DNA of 64,000 bases, from positions 248,001 through 312,000 of the forward strand of contig MCFH01000056.1 in NCBI GenBank assembly GCA_002104945.1. Reading direction: 5' to 3'. The notes beneath the pieces were generated by a model that did no database searches, was not told where the DNA came from, and saw only the letters and a program-made list of their open reading frames with translations. Both the position numbers and the translations under genes were made by a program. Origin of the DNA: Piromyces finnis finn (lineage: Eukaryota > Fungi > Neocallimastigomycota). Positions 13,982 through 29,300 of this stretch are shown piece by piece (within the stretch, counting starts at the first letter, position 1; every line of letters begins with the position of its first letter).

Positions 13982-15199
13982 CAGTGCATGATCTATAATA
14001 TAAAAAGATTAATCTGAATGAAAAAAAGAAACAGATAAAATTGTGTAAAATCTTTAATTTAAATAAATTAATTTTAATTAAGTTAACAAATTAAAAAAAA
14101 AAGTTTAATAATTAAATATTCAATTTCTATTAAAAAAAATAAATATTATTAGGGAAATTAATTAAAAAAATAAAGGATTTATTTATTAAAAAAAATGGCT
14201 TTAATTTTTAATGCTTTACCAACATTTAACATTTGGATATCCTTTTTATATTATAGTATAAACAGAATAAAAAAAAATCAAATAAACTATTAAATAAACA
14301 TATTTGAATTTTTATTTATTTTTTTGGTTTTTTAATTTTCTTTTATTTATTTTACGTATTTTAAATACAATTTTTTTTAAGTATTTCATTATAGTTAAAT
14401 AGAATATAATAGAATAATTCTAAATTGCTATCTTTAGTTTTTGTTTTTAGATTATTTTTTTTTTCAAAAAAGTATAAAATAATTTGTCCATATTTGGAAA
14501 ATTAAGTTATTTAAAATAAATGAGTAAAACGCTATTAACAATATGATTGGTATAAAATAATTAATAACTTTATTTATAATAAAATTTTATTATTTTATAT
14601 ATTAAATTAATATTATTTTTTTATTTGTAAAACTTTAAATATTATAAATAAATTAATCCAATTTTATTTTAATATTTGAGCCACCTTAAAAAAAAGGTTT
14701 TCTTTTGGTATAATCTATTACCACCAAATAAAAATTAAAAAAAGGTTTGAATATTTATTAATAAATAGATTTTTATAAAATAACAATATAAACCAGTTTT
14801 TGTCATTTAAATAAATAAAAAAATAAGTATATAAAAGAATTATGATAAATAGTATTTAAAATATTTTTAAAGCCATTTCATTATTTCAAGAAATAAACAA
14901 AAAACATTTAAATAAAACTATTTTGTTATTAATGATTATAATAAATATTTATAAAAATATTATTTTAAATTGATTTTAAATAGAATAATTTATCAATAAA
15001 TATATTATGATTAAACATATACTTAATAATGTATACATTGGTGTTAATGTATTAACAAATCTAATATATTTAATTTAAATATATTTAGAATATATATTGG
15101 AATGTAATTTTATAATATATTTTAATATTAATATTATTTATTATATTTGTAGTATAATAATAATATATATTATAATATTAATTAATATGAAATTTAATA

Positions 15200-16400
15200 T
15201 ATTTTGAAATGTATGTATAAATGGATCATTTAACTATAACTTTTTACATTTTATATAATTAAACTAAAATTTAAGAATATAAGTTTTAAAAACATTTTAA
15301 TAATCAAATAAATAAATAAAATAAACAAATAAAACTTGTTTACTTTTAAAGCTCTCTTTCTAAATATTAAACAAATAATAATTATTATTTGAAATATTTT
15401 ATAGGAATGCTTATGTTAATGTGTTGTTGAATTTTATATTAAAGAAGTTATTAATTTATTTATTTTTATAGTTAACAAAAAATATAAAATATTTTGAAAT
15501 TTGTACTATTATTTTCCATAATGAAAATAATATTATAAATATTTGATATTTAATTATATAGTCTTATTGATTATAATATTATTATTCAAATATTAACTCT
15601 ATATTAATTAAATTCATAATAAGCCATAGTCCATACTATATAAGACCATTTTAAATATTTTCTATTATATTAGATAATATAAATTAATATATTAACACAT
15701 ATATTATTTTATTTATTTAATTAATTATATTTATTTTTATTATTGGAAGATATTTTTGACCTATTTAATATAGTTAAAGAAAAAAGACAATTATAGAGAA
15801 TAGATTTTATATATTTTTATTAAGTATTTTAGGAAAAAAAGTAAAAAGTAATATTGTCTTTTTTTGTATTTCAAAATAAATATTAAATAAATATTTTTTT
15901 TTTTAAAAATAATAAATATATATACTAATTTTATTTATTTTAAATAATAGAAATTATATAATATAACCAAAATATATATAAGTTGAATAATAAATATAAA
16001 TAAACTAATTAACATACCGAGGTAATAAAAAATAAAATAAAAAACAATATTATAAATACCAGAGATTTTAATATTTGTTAATTGTATTACAAGATAATTC
16101 TGTATAAATTTTCAATAAATTTAGTGGCATAATAGTTGTACAATTGCATTATTTCATTGTATTATATTTATAATTTCTGTATACATAGTATACATAGTTA
16201 TTAATGTAATAATGGGATCAAGATACATTTAAATAATATTAATTGGCTAATGCTTCATATGCTTAGATTTATTTTTTATTATTGGTTTAATTTTAATTTA
16301 TGCAAAATATTGAATTCTTCTTGGCTATTTTGTATTATTTTAAATAATGTATTGTAAATAATTTAATTTATTATTAAATAAAATAGAAAAGAATAAAGAG
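15200..16400 (+). repeat. AT-rich dispersed repeat, also at about 24690-25770 (+), 33650-34840 (-) and partly 44140-44350 (-)
   Basis: Long near-identical tracts, e.g. taagccatagtccatactatataagaccatt and ggaagatatttttgacc. Confidence 0.85.
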
Positions 16401-16947
16401 AATAGACATTTTAAATAATGTATTTAAATAATATATAAATATATAATCAATTAATAGTATTATTTGAAATAATATAATAATAATAATAAATTATTTTATT
16501 AATTATATTATATTATTTATTTTATTATATAAAAATTTTTTTAATTATTTTCATTACTATAAATTATATTTTTCTTTGTTTATTTTCAATAATATATGTC
16601 TTTTTGTTTTATTTACTTTATATTAAGTTCAATTTCTTTTTTATTTCATTTATAAAAAAAATAAATATTTTTAAGAAAAAAGAAATTGATTATAAAAAAT
16701 TAACAAGCAAAGAAGTTTTAATTATATTATATATAAATAAAAAGAAAAGATTGTCAATGTTTAACTAGTGTTTAACAATTAGTAAAATAAATTAACATTA
16801 TTTTTATATAATTCTTATTTAATACATTTTCATTATTTTTTTTATCTTTCCTTGAATTCTAATTTTATTTCTTTGTGTCTATTTTAAATATTTTAAATAC
16901 GTTTTTTAAGTATTTAGTTGGATGGCATTACTACAATATATATTGTA

Positions 16948-17378
16948 TTAGAAGTTGTTAATTTAGCTTTTATAATTATAATTATATCAACTTTATTAAT
17001 ATAATTTATGATAAATAGTTATTGTTTTATTCAATTCAAACTACATATGTTTTATTGTGGCTTGAATATATAATCTAATACATTTCATGTATATCCTAAC
17101 AATTTTTAAGAATAAGAATATATTCAAAATTTATTATTGTTGTTAGAATATGTGTAACGTGATAAGTTTATAATATACTATGTAATATGTTTCAAACACA
17201 TTGAAATATATTTGTACTACATTAAATATATAAGCCACAATTGTAAATCATATAAATACATGTAATTTCACATAATGTAAACATTAGAGTCTTTAGAATA
17301 AATATCCTCATGTAATTCTTAATAATAAAATACATTAATAAAGTTGACATATTCATAAAACCCAATTAACCAAATATT
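16948..17378. mobile_element. Foldback/MITE-like element
   Basis: Long imperfect inverted arms (ttagaagttgttaattt...tcaactttatt and aataaagttgac...); same family as 49956-50328. Confidence 0.6.
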
Positions 17379-17756
17379 AATAATTATTTTGAATTACTTT
17401 TTTTTTTTTGGAAAAAAAAGTTGGTAAATTAAGTGATTTAAAAAATTTTAACAAAATTAAAGTTTTATTTATAATTAAAATTCTATTATTTATATTCTTG
17501 TTTAATAATATTTTTTTTATTATTAATAAAGCTATAAATATTTTAAATACAATATTTTTATAATATTTGAACCTTAAAAAAAGTTTTTCTTTTGTGATAT
17601 ACATCTTTAGCATTAAATATTATATAATTTATAATTTATATAATTAATCAAATTAATTATTGAGTTTTAGTAAAAAAAAAAAATATTATGAACAAAATTT
17701 AATAAAGAGTCGATTTTTTTTAGCAATTATTTTTTTTTTATTATATTAGTTGTTTT

Positions 17757-18389
17757 TTATATAATATAATTTATTTTTGATGATCCTATAACACCAAAAA
17801 ATCTGGAGTATTTATAAAATTTGTTTTTTATTGTTCTTCTTCTTGCATTAATAAACCATTGGGTAACCTAAAATGAAAATAATAAAAAACAAAATTAAAA
17901 TTAATAAATAATAATATATAAATATATAAATTATAAAGTAATTATTATTAATTATATTGTCAATTTACTTGTTTCTATAGAGTTAATTTATTGTAAATAC
18001 AATTATTAAATTTATGTTATATAAAAATATAAATTATATTAGTCAAAAATATATATGATAAAAATATAATATATATGTTATTATAGACATACAAATGTTA
18101 AAGAAAGTCTTTTAGCAAGAAGCTCCTTTTCCCACCTTGACGGCCTTTGATTTATGTATACATAATATTCAAAAAGCTCATATTGTACATTTAAACTGTA
18201 ATTTTTGCGTTTTTTTTTATTAGTACCTTCTCCTCTTGTTTTGGATTCTATTTTAAAATAGTTATAATAATAATTATTATTATCCTATTATTTATATTAT
18301 AAAATATAATTTTAATCTTTTGAATTAAATATTTATTTTATATTTTTTTGAAAATAATAATTATTTTAAATGAAAAAATATCTTACCAT
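17757..18389 (-). CDS. Homeodomain protein HD-A, 103 aa, four exons
   Basis: Exons 18389-18387 (ATG only), 18284-18093, 17974-17969 (AAACAA = KQ), 17867-17757; all GT-AG and phase 0. Spliced frame is open: KRKNYSLNVQYELFEYYVYINQRPSRWEKELLAKRLSLTF-KQ-VTQWFINARRR. Confidence 0.85.
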
Positions 18390-20229
18390 TTTAATATATT
18401 TAAATGATTGAGTTATTGAGTTATTATAAAGATAAATAGGATTATGAAATTATAAATATTGATAATTAATGAATAAATAAAAATAGACTAAATGCTTCCT
18501 TTATATATATTTTTTTAAAAAAAATAAAAATTAGAATTTTAAATCATTATTAATTATTATATGAAAAATATTTCTTTTTTTTTTTTTTTATAATTATTAT
18601 AAATATTATAAATGAATATTAATTATTACTTTAAAATTAATAACTTTGGAAATACTTTATATGGATGATACATATAATATACTTTTTAAATTATAAATGT
18701 AATATACAAAATAAATTACATTAAATTATTTCAATTTAATTTATATATTAATAAATAATTTTTAATATATGAATATTATAAATGTTATTTAAATATTCGA
18801 TTTATTTAATATAGAATTTTGACATATTACAATATTTATTATTTTTGTTTTCCTTTTATTTTTTCAATAGATTGAACTAATAAAAATAAGCTATTTTTAT
18901 ATAATATTTTATTATGTTAAGAAGTTAAATAACTTTAACGCTTTTTTTGAAACATTAACATTATAATAATAGTAATTTAATAATTATTTAATAATTATTT
19001 AATATATTTTTTTTTAAAAAAGGTTGCATTTTCTATAAAGTAATATTTAAAAGACCTTTTTTTAATTTTTAAAAAAAATATAATAAAAAATTTAACTTTT
19101 ATTTTTTTATTTTTATATAATTAAATAAATAAAATAAAATTTGGAAACCAGACGAATATTCTAATGATTTTTTATAAGAGAATAAAAAGGTATTTAATAA
19201 TAGCATTTAATATAAATATAAAAATATTTTATACATATATGATAACTAAAAGTATTTTTAATTATATTTTAATATTTTAATAGGTGTGAATTGTATTACA
19301 AACGTTTATTTTTATGAACTTGCGGATAGTCAATTTTATTACATTGAAATTTTATTTTCTTTTTATTTTTGTATACATTATTAATAATGTATCAGATATA
19401 TAAAATTAAAATGATATATTATAATATGATCTGATTCATCTTTCATTGGTTCATTTTTAATTAATGCACCGAATATAAAATTTTTATTTAAAATAAATTT
19501 TTATTATAAATAAAATAGAATAGTTATTTTATATTGTATAGTATAAAAATAATTAAAAATAATTAGTGTTATAATATATTAATATTCTATTATATCATAT
19601 AATAAAAAAATGAAAATAAAAATTAATATTTTATTATTTATTATTAAATAGAACCTTTTTCTTTTGTTTACTTCTAAGCGGAATTTGCCTTTTTTTTTTT
19701 TTTTTTTTTTTTTAAAGGACTTATTATCTTTGTCATTAATATTTTAAAAAAATGTGAAAAGTTTAGTGTTAGTATAGGTAAAAAAGTGATATTTTTATAA
19801 TTAATTTATAGACGCTGTTGTTCTGATTGTACGTACTAATAGTAACTTTAAAAAATACACGGTATAGTTAAATATCTACTTTCTACTTTACAAATTAAAT
19901 TTGTTACTTATTCTCTTTGTTCTTTTATTCCTTTCTACTTTTTATATTTTGGTTAGTTAGATAGATTTGTTTTTTATTTACTTTGTTATTCTTTTAATTT
20001 ATTTTTGAGTTTTGTTGTGAGGTGCGGCTATCATTAATTTTAATCATATTTTTAATATTTTTTCTATTTTTATTTTTTATTTTATTTTCAAGGGGCGGAT
20101 TTTTTTAGGATTTTATATGATTTTAGTAACTTTATTTTTTATTTTTTGAAACTTTAATTAACATTCTTTTGTATACTTTTCTATTTCTTTTTTATATATA
20201 TATTTTATACTTTATATTATAAATATATA

Positions 20230-20830
20230 TTTGTATATTAGGTATTATGAACTCTTATGGTAAGTATTAACATTGTGTCAATAAAGCTTAAATCCTGGAA
20301 AATCAAATATTCTATTTTTTTATTATAAATACTAATCCGGCTATTCTTGTAGGAGATTTTAATATGTCAGCTATTAAGATTTACCAAAATTTATGTAATA
20401 TTTTCAAAAAGATTAATAGTAAATTCAGATCCAATTTTTATAAAGCAAATTTTATCTCAATTGGTAAACACTTTATTGACAAAAATTTTAGATAAGGTTG
20501 GAAAGGCCTTAAAAAACATGTCAAACCAAATTATTCCCAATCTTTATAAAAGTGATATTGATTAAATTAGTAAAACATTTTATCAATAAAAAGTTTTAGA
20601 CAAGGTTGGAAAGATCTTCAAAAAAATTTTGCTAAATCAAGTTATTCGTTCTCCCCTGTTTCTTATCTTTAAGGACAAGAATAATGAAGATTTATTTTTT
20701 CCTCAAGAACAACTAAATCGTTTGACTGAATGCTATGAAAATTTTAAGAATATCATGTAATAAATAAATCGTGGTCATTGGGAAAGAGTCTTCCGTTTTA
20801 ATTCTATCAATCAAATAACGTAGAATATCA
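20230..20830 (+). mobile_element. Degenerate LINE endonuclease-region remnant
   Basis: ILVGDFNMS (APE GDFN motif) near 20345; the rest is heavily decayed. Confidence 0.5.
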
Positions 20831-20919
20831 ATTATCTCATTTCTATTGAAGAAAATAAACTCATATATTAATAGTCAAGATAATAATTAAAAAAATGACA
20901 TTACATTAAGCATATAATT

Positions 20920-21180
20920 ATGAAAATGAAAAATACTGTTAAAATATTTGATTAAAAAGAGGAATCAATACAAGTATTAAAGATTATGATAGAAGAATAC
21001 CATTACAATTTGCCTTTTAACCTCAAATTAAAAATTATTCTTATTAAATATTTAATTGAAGCTAAAAATATAGATGTTAATCTACAAGATAATTATGAAG
21101 GGATACTATTATGTTATGTTTGTAGAAAAGAAAGTAAAGAAATGGATAAATATTTAATTGAAAAAGAAAACATATTTTTC
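20920..21180 (+). pseudogene. Degenerate ankyrin-repeat sequence
   Basis: KYLIEAKNIDVNLQDNYEGILLCYVC..KYLIEK. Confidence 0.65.
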
Positions 21181-21704
21181 TATTTATTTTCAATACACAA
21201 ATCTTTAATAATTGATGTAGATTCTGTTTTAATTATTTTTTTTTATTTCTTAAAATTTATTTTTATTGTTATTTAAATTTAATTTTTTAAAAAATGCTTA
21301 TTGTTAATTTTTTAAAATATATAAATTAAAATTATTTTTTTGTATGTTTTTATTATCCTATATATATAAAATATAAAAAAATATGTATATATATATATAT
21401 TCTTAGAGAAATACAATTCACCAATATTACAATATTATAAAGTTTAATCATATAATTAAAAGATAACAATTCTTTTTAAAAGTATTTTAGTAAAAAGGGA
21501 ACTTTTCTATATTAAAGAACTATATATTATATAATTTAATAATTATAATATTATATTTTATTTTTTTAATTAGAAGTAATTTTTAAAATTAATAGTTTAA
21601 TGTCGTGGTAAATTGAAAGAAAAAATAAATGAATAAATAAATGAATGAATGAATGAATGAATAAATAAATAAATAAATAAATTATAAATGAATTATTAAA
21701 TATA

Positions 21705-24700
21705 TTTTAGAATCAATAACGACACACAAATATGAATAACAAAAGTATTTATAATTATTTTGTAAACTATAATAATTTTTTTATTAATATTTATTTTTGA
21801 TTGAAAATTACATTGCAAAGAATATATATATATAAATATTTACTATTTTCATTATTTTATTGTTATTATTTAATTTTTTAAGGATATGATATTAACATTC
21901 TAATATATATAAATAAGTAATTGAAAAATTTAATATTAATATAATAATGTATAATAATAATAATATTTTAATTTTCTATTTCTATATTTAAATAAAAGTA
22001 TATTAAATTATGAATAATTGCGTCTGGCATTTATGAACCAGTTATTAATCTATAATATTAAAATAAAATTTATAATTAGAAGTGTAATAAATATCATTAT
22101 AATAATATATAATAATTTATAATTTAAAATCATTTAAAATATATACCTGATTCTGGCGATAAAAAGGATTTTCAATATTTAATTATATAAATATACATTC
22201 ATTTATAGGTTGTATTATGTAGTATGAATAAAAAGAAAAAAAGAAAATATTGTTAATATATATATAATAATTTTATAAAATAATTATAATATTAATAATA
22301 ATTAATAACCTACCATTGTTAGACCAGTAGCCTCACAAAGACGACACTTCTCATTAATGGTAGGATAAGGGAAAGAATGGTTTGAAAGCCATTCTTTCAA
22401 TATATTAGTCACTTTATGGGGAAAATTAGGGCGCTTATGACCCTTTGAGTTCCCACGTCTTTTTATTTGTTTATTTTCTTTTGAAATTATATTTGAATAA
22501 AATTTTTTAACTGATCTGTTGTAATTATATATATTTGGATTTATATTTGGATTTATATTTGGATTTATATTTGAATTTATATTTGAATTTATATTTGGAT
22601 TTGGATTTGGATTTGGATTTTTGAAAAAATTGTAATAAGACCCGTTGATAAATGAGTTGTGATTACTAGAAGTGGCATTGTTATTAAATGATAACAATTT
22701 AAATGATGAACATGGTAAATTAAGAAAAGAAGCGTTAAATGGCATCAATGGTGGAGATATATTATTTAATATTGGACTTGTATTTTCAATTGTAAGAGAG
22801 TCTTGCTGTGATAAAACAGAAAATACCTATAATAGCATATATATAAATATAATTATTGAATTTAAAATAAAAAATAATATTTTTATATTTTTTTAATTAA
22901 TTATAATATAAAATATGTTATATAATAAATAAAATAATAAATAATATATATATTTATATTTTTTTTTTACAAATTTATTAATATTTACTGAATTATTACT
23001 CTGCTTTGAATTTTGACTTATATTTTGAATTAAGTCATTTTTACTCTCTCTGGTTTCCGGAAGCCTTAAAGGAACACTTGATACCTCGGTATAATTATTT
23101 GTTATAATATCACTAAGAAGTTCATTTGATAATGTAGAATTTCTTTTAAAAATCGGAGTGCCATTAGGTGATTCTAAAAAATTATTCGAGGGATTGAAAA
23201 GACTTTCTTTTGAATTCATTGTTTCTTTCTTTTATATTGAATATAAGTATAATGAGAAACTTTTTAAAGTGTTTTGATATATTTAATATATTTTAATATA
23301 ATGAGTGTTTTTAATTATATAAATAATACAAATTAAGAATAAATGTTTTAAAAACAGTCAAAATCCAATTCTTTTATATTCTTTTTTCAAATTTGACTTT
23401 TTTTTTAATTAATATATTTATTACTTACTTTTTATTATACTTTTAATCATTTTATTATACTGTTATATATAATTATACATATATGTATTTTATTACTTTA
23501 TATTATAATTTTTAATTGTTTTTGTAACATAAAGTGTAATATTATATTTTTCATTAATATTATACTATATTAGATAAGTTATTATTATTATTATTATATA
23601 TATATATTATTAATTAATATTTTGCAATTAGAAAAAATGTCAAAAAAAATTTTTTAAACCATACCCAGAATACATATACATATGATAAATTTTCCTTTTT
23701 TGTACTTATTTCTTAATAGAAAAATAGTAAGAACCTGAGACGTTCCATACATTATCATATTATATTTCGAAGAGAAAAGAAATATAATTCAATCTATATA
23801 ATATATACTTTAAAATAAAAAAATAACATATTTTTAATTGTAATATTTTATTGTTTTTATTATTATTTAAAAATATTATTAATAATGAAAATAGAAAATA
23901 TTTTAATAATATTTATAAATAATATGGTCATTTAACTTATGATGAACTAAAAGATTAACTGTTATAATATGAATGAATTTTAATATATTTCTCTTATAAT
24001 TTTATAAATAGTTCGAGTATAGTAAATAAATTACTAAATAAATAATTATATTATTATGTATCCTTTATTATTAAAAATTATATATTAAAATCATATATTA
24101 AAAGGATTAATTATAATATATTCTATGCCAGTACGCTTTATTGTACACATTATAAATTATAAAAATAATAAAAATAAATAGAATTAAAATTTTTAAACTT
24201 AATAAAACAACTTCAAAAATATATATATTAATATATTAAAATATAGTTTTACTCTTTACCAAAAATTTTGTTTTTTAAAAAGTATTGGTTATAATAAAGT
24301 TAAGATTATGTAGAAATTCAACTTCCATGTCAAAATTAAAATAATAACAATAATAATATTTTTATAATTAATTAAGATTTAATCTTTTAATACTGGCGGT
24401 CTAGTTCTCGAATTAATTAATGTGATATAATAAAAGATCAAAAAAGCTAATTATTTATTAATATTTTTTATTATTTAATATATTTCAAGTAATAATTATT
24501 ATAATTATAATGAATCTTTTTAATATTTAATTTATGAAAAGTAATCATAATAAATTGTAAAGGTAACTGTATAAAAACATTCCTGTAAAATTCATAATTA
24601 TAAATGCTTTTCATAACTAATAAATTAATGGCTTTTCAAACTTTAAACAAAAAGAAAAGAAAAAAAATTTAATATAAAATTTAATATATTATGAAATGTA

Positions 24701-25875
24701 TGTATAAATGAATAAATGGATCATTTAACTATAATTACTTTACATTATATATAATATATATAATTGAACTAGTTTTAAAAATTAAAAAGAAAGTAATTTT
24801 AAAAATATTTTAATAATCAAATAAATAACCAAAATAAACATAGAAACTTTAATTCTTTTAAAATTCTATTTCTCTTTACTAAATAAAATAATAATGGATT
24901 AAAATTTTATATATCTTATATATTTTATAGGAATGCTTATGTTAGTTTATGTTAGTGTGTAGTTAAAATTTATATTAAAGAAATTATTTATTTATTTATT
25001 TATTTTTATAGTTAACAAAAAATATAAAATATTTTGAAATTTGTACTATTATTTTCCATAATGAAACTATTATTATAAATATTTGATATTTAATTATATA
25101 GTCATATTGGTTATAATATTATTATTCAAATATTAACTCTATATTAATTAAATTCATAATAAGCCATAGTCCATACTATATAAGACCATTTTAAATATTT
25201 TCTATTATATTAGATAATATAAATTAATATATACATACACATATATTATTTTATTTATTTAATTAATTATATTTATATTTATTATTGGAAGATATTTTTG
25301 ACCTATTTAATATAGTTAAAGAAAAAAGACAATTATAGAGAATTGGTTTTATATATATTTTTATTAAGTATTTTAGGAAAAAAAATAAAAACTAATATTG
25401 TCTTTTTTTTTATATAATAAAATAAATGCTCTTTTTAAAAGCAATATGCATTTAATAATAATTTTATTTATTTTAAATAATAGAAATTATATAATATAAC
25501 AAAATATATATAAATTGAATAATAAATATAAATAAACGTTAGTTCATAACACCGGGGTAAAAATACAAAAAAAACAATAATTTTTAATACCAGATTTTAA
25601 TATATTTAAATTATATTAAAGAAGAATTCTCTATGAATTTTCAATAAATAAATTTAGTGGCAAAATGTAGAATAATAGTTTTACAATTGTACAATTATTT
25701 TTAAAATTTCTGTATACATAATTAATAATGTAATAATGTATCAGATAAATTTAAATGATTCTATTTGATAAATGCTAACAACAAGAATAAATACAATATT
25801 AAGAACTTACTAACCTTAAATCAAGCAAACCACTAATAATTCTTAAAATTTTATTGACGATAATAATAATTAATT
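21705..25875 (-). repeat. Left arm of a large inverted repeat (partner 32900-37825)
   Basis: Coordinates of the HD gene mirror exactly (sum 59529 across 22008-23219 and 36310-37521). Flanks match with scattered SNPs and indels; about 730 bp (33010-33740) is present only in the right arm. Confidence 0.95.
22008..23219 (-). CDS. TALE-like homeodomain protein HD-B, 263 aa, four exons
   Basis: Mirror of 36310-37521; micro-exon 22152-22147 AATCAG; last exon INNWFINARRNYS*. Confidence 0.9.
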
Positions 25876-26334
25876 TTTTTATTTATTATTTTATTCAATT
25901 GTAATGAAAACATTTTTACTATCAAAAATTATACACTTATAGTTTATAATAATAATATAAACAATATTACATAGAAAACATAAATAAGCAACAATAATTA
26001 TTGAACAATGAATAGAAATGAAAATTTATAAAGAAATATAATAAAATACATTTCAAAAATGAAGAATATAGATTTTACAAAATCATTTAAGATTCAATAT
26101 ATTTTACAACAAAAACAGTAACAATAATAATACTACAAAAAAATCCATCAACTATAATAAACAATATTGTATTAATGTATTTTTCACCAGATTAAAATAT
26201 CTCGCTTAATATTAAATATATATCTGATACATTTAAAAATATTAAAAATAGAAACAGTTTGATAAATTATAAAAATGTAAGATATTATTTTACTTCTCAA
26301 AAAGTTTTCTACTTTTAAATGTATTTCCATTAAT

Positions 26335-29300
26335 TTGGTACGGGCTTTTGTGGTATCCCCATATATAATATTAGCTTCTTCTTTATCCGTGTTATTCGAT
26401 CATGATCAGTTAGTATGCTATGGAAAAAACTTGAGGTTATTCTGAAGGATAAATTTAATTCAGTTATTAGTGTTAAATATTTTAAAAATTTTAATGATCA
26501 CTTTTTATTAATTAAGATTCATGGTTCAATGAAAACCTGTAATAAAATCTTACACATCTTAAGAAAGAAACTTTCAATTACTTCAATTTCCTTTTCAGCT
26601 CGTTTTTGAATGAATCACAAATACACTTTTTCCTCACTCAAAAGTAAATTTTTAGTTTATAATAAACATCAACAATCAATTCAACAGTCAATTCAACAAT
26701 CTCATTAACAATCAGTTCAATAATTTCATTAATATTCATATCATTAATCTAATCAAATTCAACTTCAAAAATATTTTAAACAAGATTTTCAACATGAAAA
26801 TATTCCAGATCTACAAAAAACACAATATCAATCTCAACATTCAACAATTATTTCTGATAGTTTTATCAACTCCGATAACATTTTAATAGTTGATAGTTCT
26901 TCAGATACACAGCCATCTAATAATAATTCATCTCATTCCTCTGACGCATCATACATTAATAATGATGACTTTAATAATAATAGCAATGATTCTTCCTCAT
27001 CCAACAAGCCTGATAACTTTTCTTTTTGTCTTAATAGGAATATCAATGGATGGAATCACGAGAAAAGAAATAGTATTAGTTATTTCATAGCTATTTTCAA
27101 ACCATTATTTTTATGTTTTCAAGAAAATAGTAATGGTTATAGTTCAAATACTGAATATCCTTGTCACGTTACTTTACGAAATTATAGACTTTTTTTTCAA
27201 GAAAGCTGATGAATCAGTCCCTGGAATGAGAGGTTTATATTTAGGTATTCAAAATTCGTGTAAAGCCTCACTTGAAAACTTCTGGAAAGTATAATATTTA
27301 TATTTATACTTTTAGTCTTTGGAATTGATTCAAATGTTCGATTGAAAATGTTTATATGCCTCATAGTAGTCATCACAACATCTATGTTCTATGTTGATCA
27401 TGCTAAGTTAGAAGTTCACTTGTGGTTACAAACTCATCCCATCTATCGATTATTGTTGGTAATTTAATATGTCTAAAGTAAAATTATCTAACTGGTTATC
27501 ATCTAATGGGTTAGGAGATTGGGAAGTTCTTCCACTTAAAGGTTCTTCTATCTCTTGGACTCGAACTGATCAATCTTCCAACATTGACCATGCTCTTGTC
27601 AATTCGAAAATGAAAGATTTTATTCACTCAGGATCATTTATAAACAATTTTTATACTGTATCAAACCATAAATCACTACTTATTAATGGTAAAATTATTC
27701 CTATGGATGATTTTTCTAATGACTTTAATGTTCCTAAGAAAATTCTGAAATGGAATAGATAAAAATGTATTGAGGAAAAGGAATCTATTCTCAGTCATAA
27801 TAAATTCCAAATACTTTCAGCAAAATTCAACGATCCTAATGTTTCTACAAACGAACTTTCCAAAGAGTTTACTTTAACTGCTTTTTCAATTGTAGAGGAG
27901 CTCAGTATTACTTCAATAAATAATGTTATAAAATCTTCTTTTTATATTTCACAATAGATTTTTAATCTCCAAAAAATCAAAATAATGCTGTAAATGAGAT
28001 TTTAAAAAAGAAAGAGTTTATGATATAGATGAATTTATTAATAGGATTAAAATCTATCGTAAGCTTATCAATTATATCTACAAGAGATGTAATGAATATA
28101 GGAAATAAGAATCATTGGATTAAAACAGGATGTGAGTATATGAAGAGTCATAATTCTAAGAAGGCCTGGAAATGGATCAAGAAAACTGCAAAAATTGGAA
28201 AAGATTCTTTCTTTATTGCTCAACCAATTAAAAATAAGAATGGAAAATTAGTTGTTGCTACGGAAGAACAACTAGATGTGTGGCATGATCATTTCGAAAA
28301 TCTTGCATCAGATCCAAGTGGTGTAAGTCTTGATTTGGAGCATTAGTATGAAGAACCAACAAATAAATGTATTTCACTCTCTATGCTTGATGAATGAGAT
28401 ATCAACTAAGATATTAGTATTGATGAAATCGAATCAGCCATCCTCTCTACTCCAAATTATAAAGCATCAGGTCCGGATGGTATTCCATTTGAATTTTACA
28501 AAGATTTAATTCCATCAAGTAATGATTCTAATAATGCTACAGACAATAATTCTTCTGGTAATACCACTTCAGGTAATGATGTTCATGGTTTAAATTTTAT
28601 TCTTAAATTATTCAACCGTATTTGGGATGGAGACTTCCCCAGCTCATGGAATGAATCCAGTATTGCTTCTATTCCTAAGAAGGGAGATTTGACAGATTGT
28701 GATAACTATCGAGGTATAACACTTATCAATAATGGTATTAAGTTGATTTCCAAAATTGTCACCACTAGAATCTCAGAATATGGTCTTAAGAATAATTTCA
28801 TTAGACCTGAACAATTTGGTTTTCGAAAAAAGGAAGAAAGTATTAGTCTTTTCATTTCAATCCAAGAAATATGTTGTAGACGTCAATTAGATAATAAAGA
28901 GACATATTTAGCCTTTTTAGATCTTAGGAAAGCATACGATTCAGTCCCAATTGGTAATATTCTCCATAAATTAGATTGTTTAGGAATCCGAGGTAAGAGT
29001 TTACAATTTATCAAAAATTTATATTTAACATCTAAGGCTAATGCAAAATTAGATGGAAAATTCTCGAAATCTTTTGATGTGAAGAAAGGAGTCCGTCAAG
29101 GTTGCCCACTTTCTCCTATTCTCTTTAATCTCTTTATTAATGATATATTTAAAGAGTGCGAAGATCTAGGAGTCAGTTTAGGTGACACTCAATGCTGTGG
29201 TGGACTTTTTGCAGATGATATAGTTATTTGTGCTCCATCAAGAGGATGCTTAAAAAAAATGCATAGAAGAGTTAATGAATGGGCTATGTATAATGAAATG

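Noticed and set aside
22672-22896. 74-aa ORF MALLLNDNN (and mirrors at 36633-36857 and 46168-46359)
   Set aside because: Antisense shadow of HD exon 2 and its intron.
24385-24410. Helitron 3' end (..GGCGGTCTAG|T)
   Set aside because: No GC-rich subterminal hairpin, and homology among the copies continues on both sides.
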